Origin: Clostridia bacterium
GTDB lineage: Bacteria > Bacillota > Clostridia > Christensenellales > UBA1242
Length of the DNA stretch: 64,000 nt
NCBI GenBank assembly: GCA_017467585.1
Contig: JAFUSR010000004.1
Coordinates: 600,620-664,619 of the forward strand
Direction: 5' to 3'
The position numbers and the translations under genes were made by a program. Positions within the stretch are counted from its first letter, which is position 1. Each line of letters begins with the position of its first letter. The notes under the pieces are model-generated. The model was not told the DNA's origin, made no database searches, and saw nothing but the letters and a program-made list of their open reading frames with translations. Below are positions 1 to 9,468 of the stretch, piece by piece.

Positions 1-1184
1 TCAGCGCACATATCAACAATTTCTAGTGGTGGCATTGGTTTTTTGTTTATTCTCTCTTTAAGTTCTAACAGATGATATTCGCCAACAATTGCCTTATGAT
101 ATGTTTCAAGGTCTGGCGTTGCAGAGCCCAAAACAAGCGAACAACCACAAATTTCTGCTCGTTTTTCAGCCACTTCAATCGTGTGATATCTTGGGTTGCT
201 CTCGCTTGTATAACTTCCGTCGTGTTCCTCATCAATAACAATCAAACCGAGGTTTTCTGTTGGAGAAAAAATTGCTGACCTTGCTCCGACAACAATCTTA
301 GCTTTGCCAAGCAAAATTCGACGCCACTCGTCAAAACGCTCACCGGCAGAAAGTGCGCTGTGCATAAGGGCAACCTCGTCGCCAAATCTTGCCCTAAAAT
401 TTGCAACAACTTGTGGGGTTAACGAAATTTCAGGAACAAGCATTATTCCGGTTTTGCCTTGGTCGAGAGTCTTTTTCATGAGCGCCATATATATTTCGGT
501 TTTTCCGCTTCCGGTAACTCCATGAATCAAATATTTGCCAGTTTTTGTAGAAATTGTATCAACAACCCTTTGCTGGTCTTTTGTTAAAACAACGTTGTTT
601 GGTTTTGCGCTAAGTTCTGCAAGAGGCTTTCTCAGAACAGTTTCTTCTCGAACCAAAACAATTCTGTCATCAATCAATTTTTTAAGTGCACCAGCCCCAA
701 ACTGAGCATTAATTTTTGAACATTTGTCCTCACCAACTTCTAGCAAATATGCAAGAACGGCTCTCTGTTTTGTGGCGGTTGACCTAAGATTTGCCATATA
801 TGCTTTTGCGGTTTCGTCGTCAGAAATATATGCAACTTTAGAAACAAGTTCTTTAACTTTTCCCGTGCGCATTTCACTTGGCAAAAACAGCCTAAAACTA
901 TCACAAAGCCCAATGTTATATTTCTGTTTCAAAAATTTGGCCAGTTCAAATTGGTCCTTTTTTATAACAACAAAATCGTCAATAGGTTTAATAATCTGCT
1001 TAAGTTTGTCCGCGTCATAATCAGAAACATCAGTTTTTTCAACCAAATATCCCTCTTTAACTTGACGTCCAAACGGAACAAGCACCCTTGTTCCCACTTC
1101 TATATCATATGGCAAAATATAGTCGAAAACCTTGTCGACCAAGCTGCTTGCAATATCAATGATAACTTTTCCAAATTTTGCCAT
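1..1184 (-). CDS. priA: Primosomal protein N' helicase, 5' part; runs off the window edge
   Basis: Manual translation from ATG at 1184: MAKFGKVIIDIASSLVDKVFDY...VGTRVLVPFGRQ, Walker A HGVTGSGKTEIY, DEEHD motif. Missing from the ORF track because it has no stop in the window. Confidence 0.95.
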   Translation of the reverse strand, partial: MAKFGKVIIDIASSLVDKVFDYILPYDIEVGTRVLVPFGRQVKEGYLVEKTDVSDYDADKLKQIIKPIDDFVVIKKDQFELAKFLKQKYNIGLCDSFRLFLPSEMRTGKVKELVSKVAYISDDETAKAYMANLRSTATKQRAVLAYLLEVGEDKCSKINAQFGAGALKKLIDDRIVLVREETVLRKPLAELSAKPNNVVLTKDQQRVVDTISTKTGKYLIHGVTGSGKTEIYMALMKKTLDQGKTGIMLVPEISLTPQVVANFRARFGDEVALMHSALSAGERFDEWRRILLGKAKIVVGARSAIFSPTENLGLIVIDEEHDGSYTSESNPRYHTIEVAEKRAEICGCSLVLGSATPDLETYHKAIVGEYHLLELKERINKKPMPPLEIVDMCA

Positions 1185-1257
1185 GATTCTCCAAACAAAA
1201 AAGTTAGTATATACATTATATACTAACTTCTAGCATTCTGTCTAATATTTTTGTTGA

Positions 1258-1464
1258 TTAGTTTTCAGGGTGCTTAATAGTATAAACACCTTGATAGAAC
1301 TCACGACTAGCAAGTTCAATAGGTTTAACCTTTTGATTGTCTCTAAAAAATTCAGGGCGCTCAACAACTAACTCTTTTGCTCTTTTAGCAACAACCGTAA
1401 CAAGTGCATATCTGTTGCCAGCTTTTTTAATAACTTCTTCAATTGGTGGGTTAATCCATGCCAT
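1258..1464 (-). CDS. rpoZ: RNA polymerase omega subunit
   Basis: NRYALVTVVAKRAKEL and KPIELASREF motifs, 68 aa, next to priA. Confidence 0.93.
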   Translation of the reverse strand: MAWINPPIEEVIKKAGNRYALVTVVAKRAKELVVERPEFFRDNQKVKPIELASREFYQGVYTIKHPEN

Positions 1465-1536
1465 AAATGTTTATCTCCTTTTGTCTGACCTATTATAACT
1501 CAACTTTTAAAAACTTGCAAGTGAAATATTAACAAT

Positions 1537-3510
1537 TTATCTCAAAGAATACTTTTTCAAAATTTCAACAAACTCAGCCTCGTTTATTGTTTTAACACCA
1601 AGGGCCATCGCCTTGTCTAGTTTGCTGCCGGCATCTTTTCCAACAACAACAAGGTCGGTGCTCTTCGAAACACTACTGGTGCAAACAGCGCCAAGTTTTT
1701 CAAGGAGCGAAGTGGCTTCAATTCTGCTAAAGTTGTCAAGACCACCAGTCAACACAACCTTTTTGCCAAGAAGTTCACTTTCTATCGAACTGTTTGAAGA
1801 ATTTATTGGTTCAACGCCAATTTTAAATAAATCTTCAATTTGTTTTCTGTTAAACTCATCAGCAAAATATTCAACAATGTCGGTTGCAGAAATCTCTGCA
1901 ATGTCTGGAACAGCATCTAGGTCTGCAATTGTAGCTTCACTCAGTTTCTCAATGCTGCCAAATTGTGCCGCAAGTGTTCTTGCCATCTTCTGACCAACCC
2001 CGTCAATGCCAAGCGCATAAATCAAATTAGACAATTCTGGCTTTTTGCTTGCTGCAATGCCATCTAATATGTTCTGTGTTTTCTTTTCTTTAAATCCTTC
2101 CAACTCAAAAAGTTCATCAAAAGTCAACTTATAAAGGTCGGCAAAAACAGAAGTTCCAAACTTCTCATGCAACAGTTCAACAGTTTTTATGCTGAGCCCT
2201 TCAATGTTCATGGCCTGCCTGCCGGCAAAATGAGTTAGTCTACCAACAATTTGTTTCTTGCAACCAATGTGATTTGGACAATACAAATTTGCCACTGTTT
2301 CAATAAGTCTTGTGTGACACGATGGGCAAAACTCTGGTTTTTCAATTTCTTTGCTATCAGAAGAAGTTCTTGCTACAGACAAAATCTCAGGAATAACCTC
2401 GTTGCTTCGTCTGATAAACACTTGGTCGCCAATTTTGACTTTTTTTCTTAAAATGTCATTAAAGTTGTTAAGTGTTGCGCGCTTAACAGTAACACCACAA
2501 AGTTCAACTGGTTCAAGCTCAGCAACAGGCGTCAACTTGCCTGTTCGTCCAACCTGCCAGGTGATGCCAAGAAGTTTGGTGTCTGTTTCTTCAGCATCAA
2601 ACTTATAAGCAAGCATGCCTCTAGGAAATTTAGCAGTAAAGCCAAGTTCTTCTTGCACTTTTTTGCTGTTTATCTTTATGACAAGTCCATCAATCAAAAA
2701 GTCAAGTTTGTGTCGTTCGACATCAATTTTGTCAATGAATTTTTTAATCTGTTCAACGCTAGAAACAATTTCAAAAAACTTTGCAACCAAAAATTTCTGT
2801 TCAACTAAAAAGTCATGAATTTGCTGTTGAGATTCAAAATAATCGGTTTCTGAATAGTTTATGTTATACGCAAAAAAATCAAGATTTCTGCTTGCAGTAA
2901 TCTTAGGGTCTAAATTTCTAAGCGCGCCCGCAGCGGCATTTCTGGCATTTTTAAGTTTTTCTTCGGCATCATTATTAAATTTAGCGAGCTCGCTAAGCTT
3001 CATAATAACCTCGCCCTGAACAACAATATGGCCTTTATACGCAAGAGAAAGTGGCAGCGAACGAATTGTCTTTGCCTGAAGAGTTACGTCTTCACCAACC
3101 TCACCATTTCCGCGAGTGAGTGCTCGAACAATAACACCATTATCATATTCAACTGCAATAGGAAGCCCATCAAACTTATATTCAACACTATAGGTTGTGT
3201 CAAAATTCATAATGTTTTGGTTTCTCGATTGCCAATCTAAAATTTCTTCAAAGCTTTGAGCTTTGTCAAGGCTATAGAGTTTTGAAACATGCGATGCCTT
3301 AACAAATTTATCAAGCGCATCACCACCAATTTTTTGTGTTGGGCTATCTGGCAAAACAACACCCGTTTCTTTTTCAAGCAAAACAAGTTCTGAGTAAAGT
3401 TTGTCCCACTGTTTATCACTCATAATTGGGTTGTCATTAACATAATACGCAATGCTAGCTTCAGAAACTATTTTAGACAGTTCTTTCATTCTTTCAATTT
3501 TGTCTTGCAT
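1537..3510 (-). CDS. ligA: NAD-dependent DNA ligase
   Basis: EYKFDG adenylation motif, Zn finger CPSC...CPN, HhH repeats, C-terminal BRCT. Confidence 0.98.
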   Translation of the reverse strand: MQDKIERMKELSKIVSEASIAYYVNDNPIMSDKQWDKLYSELVLLEKETGVVLPDSPTQKIGGDALDKFVKASHVSKLYSLDKAQSFEEILDWQSRNQNIMNFDTTYSVEYKFDGLPIAVEYDNGVIVRALTRGNGEVGEDVTLQAKTIRSLPLSLAYKGHIVVQGEVIMKLSELAKFNNDAEEKLKNARNAAAGALRNLDPKITASRNLDFFAYNINYSETDYFESQQQIHDFLVEQKFLVAKFFEIVSSVEQIKKFIDKIDVERHKLDFLIDGLVIKINSKKVQEELGFTAKFPRGMLAYKFDAEETDTKLLGITWQVGRTGKLTPVAELEPVELCGVTVKRATLNNFNDILRKKVKIGDQVFIRRSNEVIPEILSVARTSSDSKEIEKPEFCPSCHTRLIETVANLYCPNHIGCKKQIVGRLTHFAGRQAMNIEGLSIKTVELLHEKFGTSVFADLYKLTFDELFELEGFKEKKTQNILDGIAASKKPELSNLIYALGIDGVGQKMARTLAAQFGSIEKLSEATIADLDAVPDIAEISATDIVEYFADEFNRKQIEDLFKIGVEPINSSNSSIESELLGKKVVLTGGLDNFSRIEATSLLEKLGAVCTSSVSKSTDLVVVGKDAGSKLDKAMALGVKTINEAEFVEILKKYSLR

Positions 3511-3521
3511 ACCATACCCCC

Positions 3522-5762
3522 CTATCCTATAATTTCCAATTTTGCATATTTAAGTGAAAGCGTTTTTGATCCAACACTTTCAAAATTAACAGTTACAAAA
3601 CCCGACGCAAAGTCTGTTACTCCAAGAGTAACAACGCCATTTCCAAAGTGTGGATGATGAACTTTTGTTCCCTTTTTATAATCACTATAATTAATCTTAG
3701 GCTTATTAAGCCCTTGTGATAAGTCTATAGATTCAGTTGACCTGTGTGACGAATTTGAGCCAGAAACATTAACAATGTTGATTTTGCTGGCAAGATTATA
3801 ATCCATGCTGTTTCTCTTTCCATAATCAACCGTTTTAATGTCATCAACCGTGAGTTTGGTTGGTTCAGCATCTATTTCGTTTAAAAATCTAGATGGCGCA
3901 GTATATTCGATTGTCTTCTTTTCAAAGTTAAAGCGAGTTCTAGACCGAGTTAAATAAAGTCTTTCTCTGGCCCTTGTTATTGCAACATACATAAGCCTTC
4001 GCTCTTCTTCAAGTTCGTTTTGACTGCCATTAATTGCCCTAGCAAGAGGAAATAATCCTTCGTTTAAACCAATTATAAACACAACCTTAAATTCTAGTCC
4101 CTTTGCTGAATGGACAGTTAAAACAGTTGCGTAGTCATCATCATCGTTCATGCTGTCAATATCTCTCATCAGAGTTATTCCCTGCAAAAACTCTTCAAGG
4201 TCGGCAGTTGTGTTGCTGTCTGAATATTCTTTAACACTAACCAAAAAGTCATCAACGTTCAGTTGTCTGTTTTCGTCTTCTTCTGTTTTTTTGCCGATAG
4301 CTTCTTTAATTTGAACCCTGCCAATCACATATTCAACAAGTTCATAAAGTGGCAGACTTTCTTTTTTGGCTTGCAGATCAACAAAAAGTTCACGAACAGG
4401 CTCAAGTTTTTTCGCAAGAACACCTTGTGTTTTGGTTGGATCCATGATAACATCCATCAAACTACAGCCAAAAATGTCTGCAATTTCCGTCAGGTTGTTT
4501 ATGGCAACATCTCCAATTCCTTTCTTAGGAAAAACCAACATTCTAAGCGCTGCTTCGTCATCTTTTGGGTTAGACAAAAGCCTAAGATAAGCAACCGTAT
4601 CTTTAATTTCTTTTCTTTCAAAAAATTTATGTCCACCATAAACTTTATAAGGAATGTTATATGTTATAAACTTTTCTTCAATGCTGCGGCTCAGCGAGTT
4701 AACACGCATCAAAACCGCAAAATCTTTGTAGCTATAATTTCCATAGGTCACAAGATTGTTTATTGCGTTCGCAACATATTCTGCCTCTTCAAGGTCGTTA
4801 TAACTAGAAAATTCTTCAACGCGTGCACCTTCTGAATTTTCTGTCCACAAGTTTTTGTCTAGGCGATTCAAGTTTCTTTTAATCAAAAAGTTTGCTTTTT
4901 GCAAAATTTGTTTTGTGGAACGATAATTTTGTTCAAGTTTAAACACCTGAACAGGCTTAAAATCTCTAGTAAACGCCAAAACATTTCCACTTTCTGCTCC
5001 GCGCCAACTATAAATGCACTGGTCTTCGTCGCCAACCACAAAAATATTGTTATATTTTTTTGCAAGCAGTTGAATCAAACGATATTGCGCATAGTTTGTA
5101 TCTTGAAATTCGTCAACATGAATATATTTAAACCTGTTTTGATAAAGCTCCAAAATTTCAGGTTTTTCAACAAACAACAAATAAGTTTTCGCAAGCAAGT
5201 CGTCAAAATCTAGCGCGTTTGACTTTTTAAGTTCTTTTTCATATTCTTCATAACAAGCAATAATAACATCTCTTTTATAAGAGCGTTCCATTTCGTTTTC
5301 ATATTCTTCTGGAGTCAACAAGTGATTTTTTGCATTCGATATATGATATCCCACTGTTTCAACGTTAACATTGGTATTTTTGTTCTCTAAAATGCGCTTA
5401 ATAACTCTGTCTTTTTCAACATCACCGTAAATGGTAAAATTCCTGTCATAGCCAATCTCTTCTGCGTGTCTGCGCAAAATTTTTGAGCACATAGCGTGAA
5501 ACGTACAAATCCAAGCGTCGCTTGCAGAATCAACCATACGCTCAATTCTAGACTTCATTTCGTCTGCTGCCTTGTTTGTAAAAGTTATTGCCAAAATGTT
5601 ATATGCCGGAACACCAACCTCATCAATCAAATATGCAATGTGGTGTGTGAGCATACGAGTTTTGCCACTGCCAGCACCAGCAGTAACTAAAACAGCCCCT
5701 TCCTTAATTTGGGCAGGCCTTTTTTGTTCTTCATTTAAGTTGTCTAAAATTGAATTTGCCAT
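3522..5762 (-). CDS. pcrA: UvrD/PcrA ATP-dependent DNA helicase
   Basis: AGAGSGKT, VDEFQDTN, VGDEDQCIYSWRGA, LEQNYRS, EEERRLMYVAITRA; pcrA-ligA synteny. Confidence 0.97.
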   Translation of the reverse strand: MANSILDNLNEEQKRPAQIKEGAVLVTAGAGSGKTRMLTHHIAYLIDEVGVPAYNILAITFTNKAADEMKSRIERMVDSASDAWICTFHAMCSKILRRHAEEIGYDRNFTIYGDVEKDRVIKRILENKNTNVNVETVGYHISNAKNHLLTPEEYENEMERSYKRDVIIACYEEYEKELKKSNALDFDDLLAKTYLLFVEKPEILELYQNRFKYIHVDEFQDTNYAQYRLIQLLAKKYNNIFVVGDEDQCIYSWRGAESGNVLAFTRDFKPVQVFKLEQNYRSTKQILQKANFLIKRNLNRLDKNLWTENSEGARVEEFSSYNDLEEAEYVANAINNLVTYGNYSYKDFAVLMRVNSLSRSIEEKFITYNIPYKVYGGHKFFERKEIKDTVAYLRLLSNPKDDEAALRMLVFPKKGIGDVAINNLTEIADIFGCSLMDVIMDPTKTQGVLAKKLEPVRELFVDLQAKKESLPLYELVEYVIGRVQIKEAIGKKTEEDENRQLNVDDFLVSVKEYSDSNTTADLEEFLQGITLMRDIDSMNDDDDYATVLTVHSAKGLEFKVVFIIGLNEGLFPLARAINGSQNELEEERRLMYVAITRARERLYLTRSRTRFNFEKKTIEYTAPSRFLNEIDAEPTKLTVDDIKTVDYGKRNSMDYNLASKINIVNVSGSNSSHRSTESIDLSQGLNKPKINYSDYKKGTKVHHPHFGNGVVTLGVTDFASGFVTVNFESVGSKTLSLKYAKLEIIG

Positions 5763-5821
5763 CTTTTATTCCTATGGAATAATTATAACACAACAAAGGC
5801 TTCTTCACAACAAAAAAACAA

Positions 5822-6166
5822 TTAAGCAAGCAAGTTATTTTTAATTATATATCTCTTTATTTCGTTAAACCTCTTAGTGGTTTTCAAAATATATTTTTCA
5901 CGTTCTTGCCTGCTCAAAGTTGAAATCAGTTTTTTGTCAATCACATAAGCGATTGGATTTAAGATTATTTCTTCTTTTTCTCGCTCTAAAACCTTTTTAA
6001 CTTTGGCAAACATTGGGTCATCTTCAATTTGTTTCATGTTTGCAACAACCATATAAGTTGTGCCAGCAGAAAGATATGCTTGCTTTTGTGGCTTTTGTGA
6101 TATTTCGCCAGCAGTTTTAAGTCTTTCTCTGGCTCTTTTTGCAAGTAATTTTAATGTTTCGTTCAT
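5822..6166 (-). CDS. Hypothetical basic helical protein, 114 aa
   Basis: ORF with GGAG RBS before ATG at 6166; no motif recognised. Confidence 0.7.
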   Translation of the reverse strand: MNETLKLLAKRARERLKTAGEISQKPQKQAYLSAGTTYMVVANMKQIEDDPMFAKVKKVLEREKEEIILNPIAYVIDKKLISTLSRQEREKYILKTTKRFNEIKRYIIKNNLLA

Positions 6167-6292
6167 AAGCAATTCTCCGTTTTTAGTTGAGGCATTTTTG
6201 CCACATAAGCAGCATATTAGCACAAAACATCAACAAATTTTCACAATCAAAAAATAAGACAAAAACAAACAAAATTTCTTAAATTTTTGCAC

Positions 6293-6316
6293 AAAAAAAG
6301 CAGGTTTATCACCTGC
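6293..6316 (-). terminator. Intrinsic terminator after rplS
   Basis: GCAGGT/ACCTGC stem followed by a T-run on the minus strand. Confidence 0.75.
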
Positions 6317-6337
6317 CTAGAAAATATGTAATCAAAA

Positions 6338-6682
6338 TTAAACTTTATCTTTAATTTTAGCACGTTTACCGCTGCGATCACGAAGATAGTAAAGTTTTGC
6401 TCTGCGAACGTCACCCTTTCTCACAATATCAATGTGATCAATCTTTGGTGAGTGCAATGGGAAAACTCTTTCTACTCCAATTCCATAAGATACTCTTCTA
6501 ACAGTAAATGTTTCACGAAGTCCACCATTGCGTCTTGCAATAACAATACCTTCATAGCCTTGAAGTCTCTCACGGTTTCCTTCAACGACTTTAACCCAAA
6601 CTTTTACTGTGTCACCAATATCAAATTTTGGTAAATCAGTGCGCATACTTTCTTTTTCAATTTGGTCAATAATATTAGCCAT
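6338..6682 (-). CDS. rplS: 50S ribosomal protein L19
   Basis: [29 protein letters not shown]. Confidence 0.99.
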   Translation of the reverse strand: MANIIDQIEKESMRTDLPKFDIGDTVKVWVKVVEGNRERLQGYEGIVIARRNGGLRETFTVRRVSYGIGVERVFPLHSPKIDHIDIVRKGDVRRAKLYYLRDRSGKRAKIKDKV

Positions 6683-6715
6683 TATAGTTCCTCCTAAAAA
6701 AATTGTTAGTATGTG

Positions 6716-6767
6716 GAGCGTTCTTGAACTGCGAGCTTGGTTAATCTCACAAACAGCGGACTCACTC
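6716..6767 (-). ncRNA. L19 leader (ribosomal protein autoregulatory RNA)
   Basis: Minus strand GAGTGAGTCCGCTG...TGTGAG/CTCGCA hairpin...CAAGAACGCTC; outer GAGTG/CGCTC pairing plus the CCGCTG and AAGA motifs I recall from Firmicutes L19 leaders; directly upstream of the rplS RBS. Confidence 0.7.
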
Positions 6768-6846
6768 TTTACACGCTTAGTAGTCTATCACACATGCAAA
6801 AATAAATCAAGTGGTTTAGACATTTTATTTTATAATTTTGAAAAAA

Positions 6847-7287
6847 TTAAAAAGCTTCTACAAAATGTTCAATTTTTGACTTGTTTCCGTCAACAAGAAC
6901 CGAAATAACATCAAATCTAAACCCGCAATTCTCTAAATGATTTTTGATAATAAACGCCTGAGCAAATCGCTTAATGTGGGCTTGCTTTTGCTTGTTTACT
7001 GCTTGTTCTGGCGCGCCAAACGCCAGTGAATTTCTAGCTTTTACTTCAACAAAAACATAAGTGTCAACAGCTTGCTTTTTAAGTAGTTCATAAGTTGGTT
7101 TGGTGATTTGATTATTTTTAAATTGAACTTTAAGAGCAGCAAGTTTCTGCCTTTTTGAATAAAGCGCAACAATATCAACTTCAGCTCCAGCAAGTTTTGA
7201 ATTGGTTTCAATAATTTTATAGCCAGCATTTTTCAAAAATTGCTGTGCCAAAAATTCGCCATCTTTCCAAGTTTTAGCATTAAACAT
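6847..7287 (-). CDS. yraN: YraN/UPF0102 family PD-(D/E)XK nuclease-like protein with a ~30-aa insertion
   Basis: GE..A..FL...GYKII, EVDIV, VFVEVKAR, RFDVI; rnhB-yraN synteny. Confidence 0.88.
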   Translation of the reverse strand: MFNAKTWKDGEFLAQQFLKNAGYKIIETNSKLAGAEVDIVALYSKRQKLAALKVQFKNNQITKPTYELLKKQAVDTYVFVEVKARNSLAFGAPEQAVNKQKQAHIKRFAQAFIIKNHLENCGFRFDVISVLVDGNKSKIEHFVEAF

Positions 7288-7888
7288 TATTCAAAAACCC
7301 CAAAAATGATTTTCTGTGAATATCTAAAACACCATATTTTTTTATGGCGTCAATATGTTGTTTTGTTCCATAACCCTTATGTTTTTCAAAACCATATTCA
7401 GGATATTTTTTGGCAATTTCGCACATCAGCCTGTCTCTGGTGACTTTTGCCAATATCGAAGCAGCAGCTATGTTATAACTGAGCGCGTCACCATGAATAA
7501 TAGGAAGTGTTGCAACATTAACATCAAGGTTTTTAATAGCATCAACCAACACAATGTCTGGCTTAATTTTCATGTTTTCAATTGCATTTTTCATTGCGAG
7601 TTTTGTTGCTTCCAAAATATTGATTTTGTCAATAGTCTTTTCATCGACAAATTCAACTTGGTAGCAAATGGCTTTCTCTTTAATTTTTTCAAAAAGAAAC
7701 TCACGCTTTTTCTCAGACAATTTTTTGCTGTCGTCAACACCATCAATAATGTCATCAAGTGGCATTATTACACATGCAACACAAACAGGACCAGCAAGCG
7801 GACCCCTGCCAACTTCGTCAACGCCAGCAACAAGTTTATAGCCATGGGCCATCATTTTGTTTTCATATTCTAATTTGCTTTCTGCCAT
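7280..7888 (-). CDS. rnhB: Ribonuclease HII
   Basis: GVDEVGRGPLAGPV, DDSKKL, IAAASILAKVTRD. Confidence 0.98.
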   Translation of the reverse strand: MAESKLEYENKMMAHGYKLVAGVDEVGRGPLAGPVCVACVIMPLDDIIDGVDDSKKLSEKKREFLFEKIKEKAICYQVEFVDEKTIDKINILEATKLAMKNAIENMKIKPDIVLVDAIKNLDVNVATLPIIHGDALSYNIAAASILAKVTRDRLMCEIAKKYPEYGFEKHKGYGTKQHIDAIKKYGVLDIHRKSFLGFLNNV

Positions 7889-8734
7889 TTAAATTTCATC
7901 CAAAGTTATTTTGCCAATTCTGCCTGTTCTAAAGTCATCTAAAAAGCCACGTCCAGCACGCAGATAATCAATCTCTCCACCGCGAAGGATAAAGCCTCTG
8001 CGCCTGCAAAACTCATCATAAATATCAATGAATTCTGCGTCTTTATCAAAGTCGCCATAGCGACTAATAACCAAGTTTTCGTGATTGATTATTAAATATT
8101 TCATCAACTCAAAACCTAGTTCAGAAATATCCAAAACATCGTCTTTAATCGAACCAACATAAGCCAACTTAAGCGCAAGATTTTGATCATCAAACCTAGG
8201 CCACAATGTTCCCGGGGTATCAAGCAAAACGAAATTGCTATCAACCTTAACCCACTGGGTAGATTTTGTAACCCCTGCTTTGTTTCCAGTAACTGTTTTT
8301 GCTTTTGAAGCCATGGCATTAATTATGCTAGACTTTCCAGTGTTTGGAACACCAATAACCATAATTTTAAAGTTCTTAACAACATTTTTCTGCTTGTTTT
8401 TTTCAATTTTTTCTGCAAGAAGTTCAGCTAGAGCTGTCGAAATTAAAGCTTTGGCGTTGCTTGCACTAGACGTAATTGACAAAACTTTCTTTCCTTGTTT
8501 CTCAAATTTTTGAACAAAAGCTTTGGTTTTTGAAGGGTTTGCAAGGTCAGATTTGTTTAAAACATAAAGAATTGGTTTGTGGCTTACAATTTCGTCTATC
8601 TTTGGGTTTAAACTGCTTTCTGGAATTCTAGCGTCAAGCACATAAATTAAGCAATCGCAAAGTTTGATGTTTTTTTGCATTTCATCAAGTGTCTTTTTCA
8701 TATGGCCCGGAAACCAGTTAATTTTATAACCCAT
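7889..8734 (-). CDS. rbgA: Ribosome biogenesis GTPase RbgA/YlqF; start trimmed to MGYKINWFPGHM
   Basis: INWFPGHM, NKSD, GVPNTGKSS, DTPG. Confidence 0.96.
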   Translation of the reverse strand: MGYKINWFPGHMKKTLDEMQKNIKLCDCLIYVLDARIPESSLNPKIDEIVSHKPILYVLNKSDLANPSKTKAFVQKFEKQGKKVLSITSSASNAKALISTALAELLAEKIEKNKQKNVVKNFKIMVIGVPNTGKSSIINAMASKAKTVTGNKAGVTKSTQWVKVDSNFVLLDTPGTLWPRFDDQNLALKLAYVGSIKDDVLDISELGFELMKYLIINHENLVISRYGDFDKDAEFIDIYDEFCRRRGFILRGGEIDYLRAGRGFLDDFRTGRIGKITLDEI

Positions 8735-8753
8735 AAATACTATTCCCCCATAT

Positions 8754-8776
8754 GGTATATTGTCAGACATAATACC
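8754..8776. repeat. Degenerate copy of the dispersed palindrome
   Basis: GGTATATTG-TCAGA-CATAATACC; two mismatches in the left arm; right flank matches the copies at 51343 and 63292. Confidence 0.75.
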
Positions 8777-8796
8777 CCAGAAAATCTGGCGAAAGC

Positions 8797-9468
8797 CTAC
8801 TTCTTGAGCAGGTCTGGTCTTTTTTGTTCGGTTAATCTTTTCGACTCTTTTTTTCTCCACTCGTCAACCTTTTTATGGTCTCCACTAACTAAAACTTCTG
8901 GAACTTCATGCCCCATAAAGTTTTGTGGACGAGTATATTGCGGATATTCTAACATATTATTAGAAAAAGTTTCATCTTCTGCACTCTCACTTTTTCCAAG
9001 AACTCCAGGAACAAACCTCGCAACGCAGTCAGTCAACACCATTGCAGGAAGTTCTCCCCCAGTCAAAACATAATCTCCAATGCTAATTTCTTCATCGATA
9101 AGCATGTCAATTATTCGCTGGTCAACACCTTCGTAGTGGCCACAGAGTAAAATTAAGTGCTCATAGTTTGACAATTCTTTAACAGTTGCCTGACTGAGAG
9201 TTTTTCCTTTTGGAGACATATATACTTTGTGTGCCTTTTCATATCCTTCAATTGATGTCATAGCATCATAAATTGGCTGTGGTGTCATAAGCATTCCAAC
9301 ACCACCACCAAATGGATAGTCATCACACTTTTTATGTTTATCTTTTGTGTAATCTCTAATGTCTATAACGTTAATTGTCAAGGCATGTTTGTCTTGAGCT
9401 TTGCCAAGCAAACTTGTTTTAAGCGGAACAAACATCTCAGGAAAAAGTGTCAAAATATCAATCTTCAT
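8797..9468 (-). CDS. trmD: tRNA (guanine37-N1)-methyltransferase
   Basis: DDYPFGGGVGM, CGHYEGVDQR, SIGDYVLTGGE, LEYPQYTRP. Confidence 0.98.
   Translation of the reverse strand: MKIDILTLFPEMFVPLKTSLLGKAQDKHALTINVIDIRDYTKDKHKKCDDYPFGGGVGMLMTPQPIYDAMTSIEGYEKAHKVYMSPKGKTLSQATVKELSNYEHLILLCGHYEGVDQRIIDMLIDEEISIGDYVLTGGELPAMVLTDCVARFVPGVLGKSESAEDETFSNNMLEYPQYTRPQNFMGHEVPEVLVSGDHKKVDEWRKKESKRLTEQKRPDLLKK

Noticed and set aside
4623-4645. TTTATG-TCCAC-CATAAA in pcrA as a ninth palindrome copy
   Set aside because: The outer arm positions and spacer deviate, and about 0.2 such 5-bp-arm matches are expected by chance in the window
8735-8860. 42-aa N-terminal extension of RbgA given in the ORF track
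   Set aside because: It overlaps trmD and the repeat; the family start MGYKINWFPGHM is at 8734
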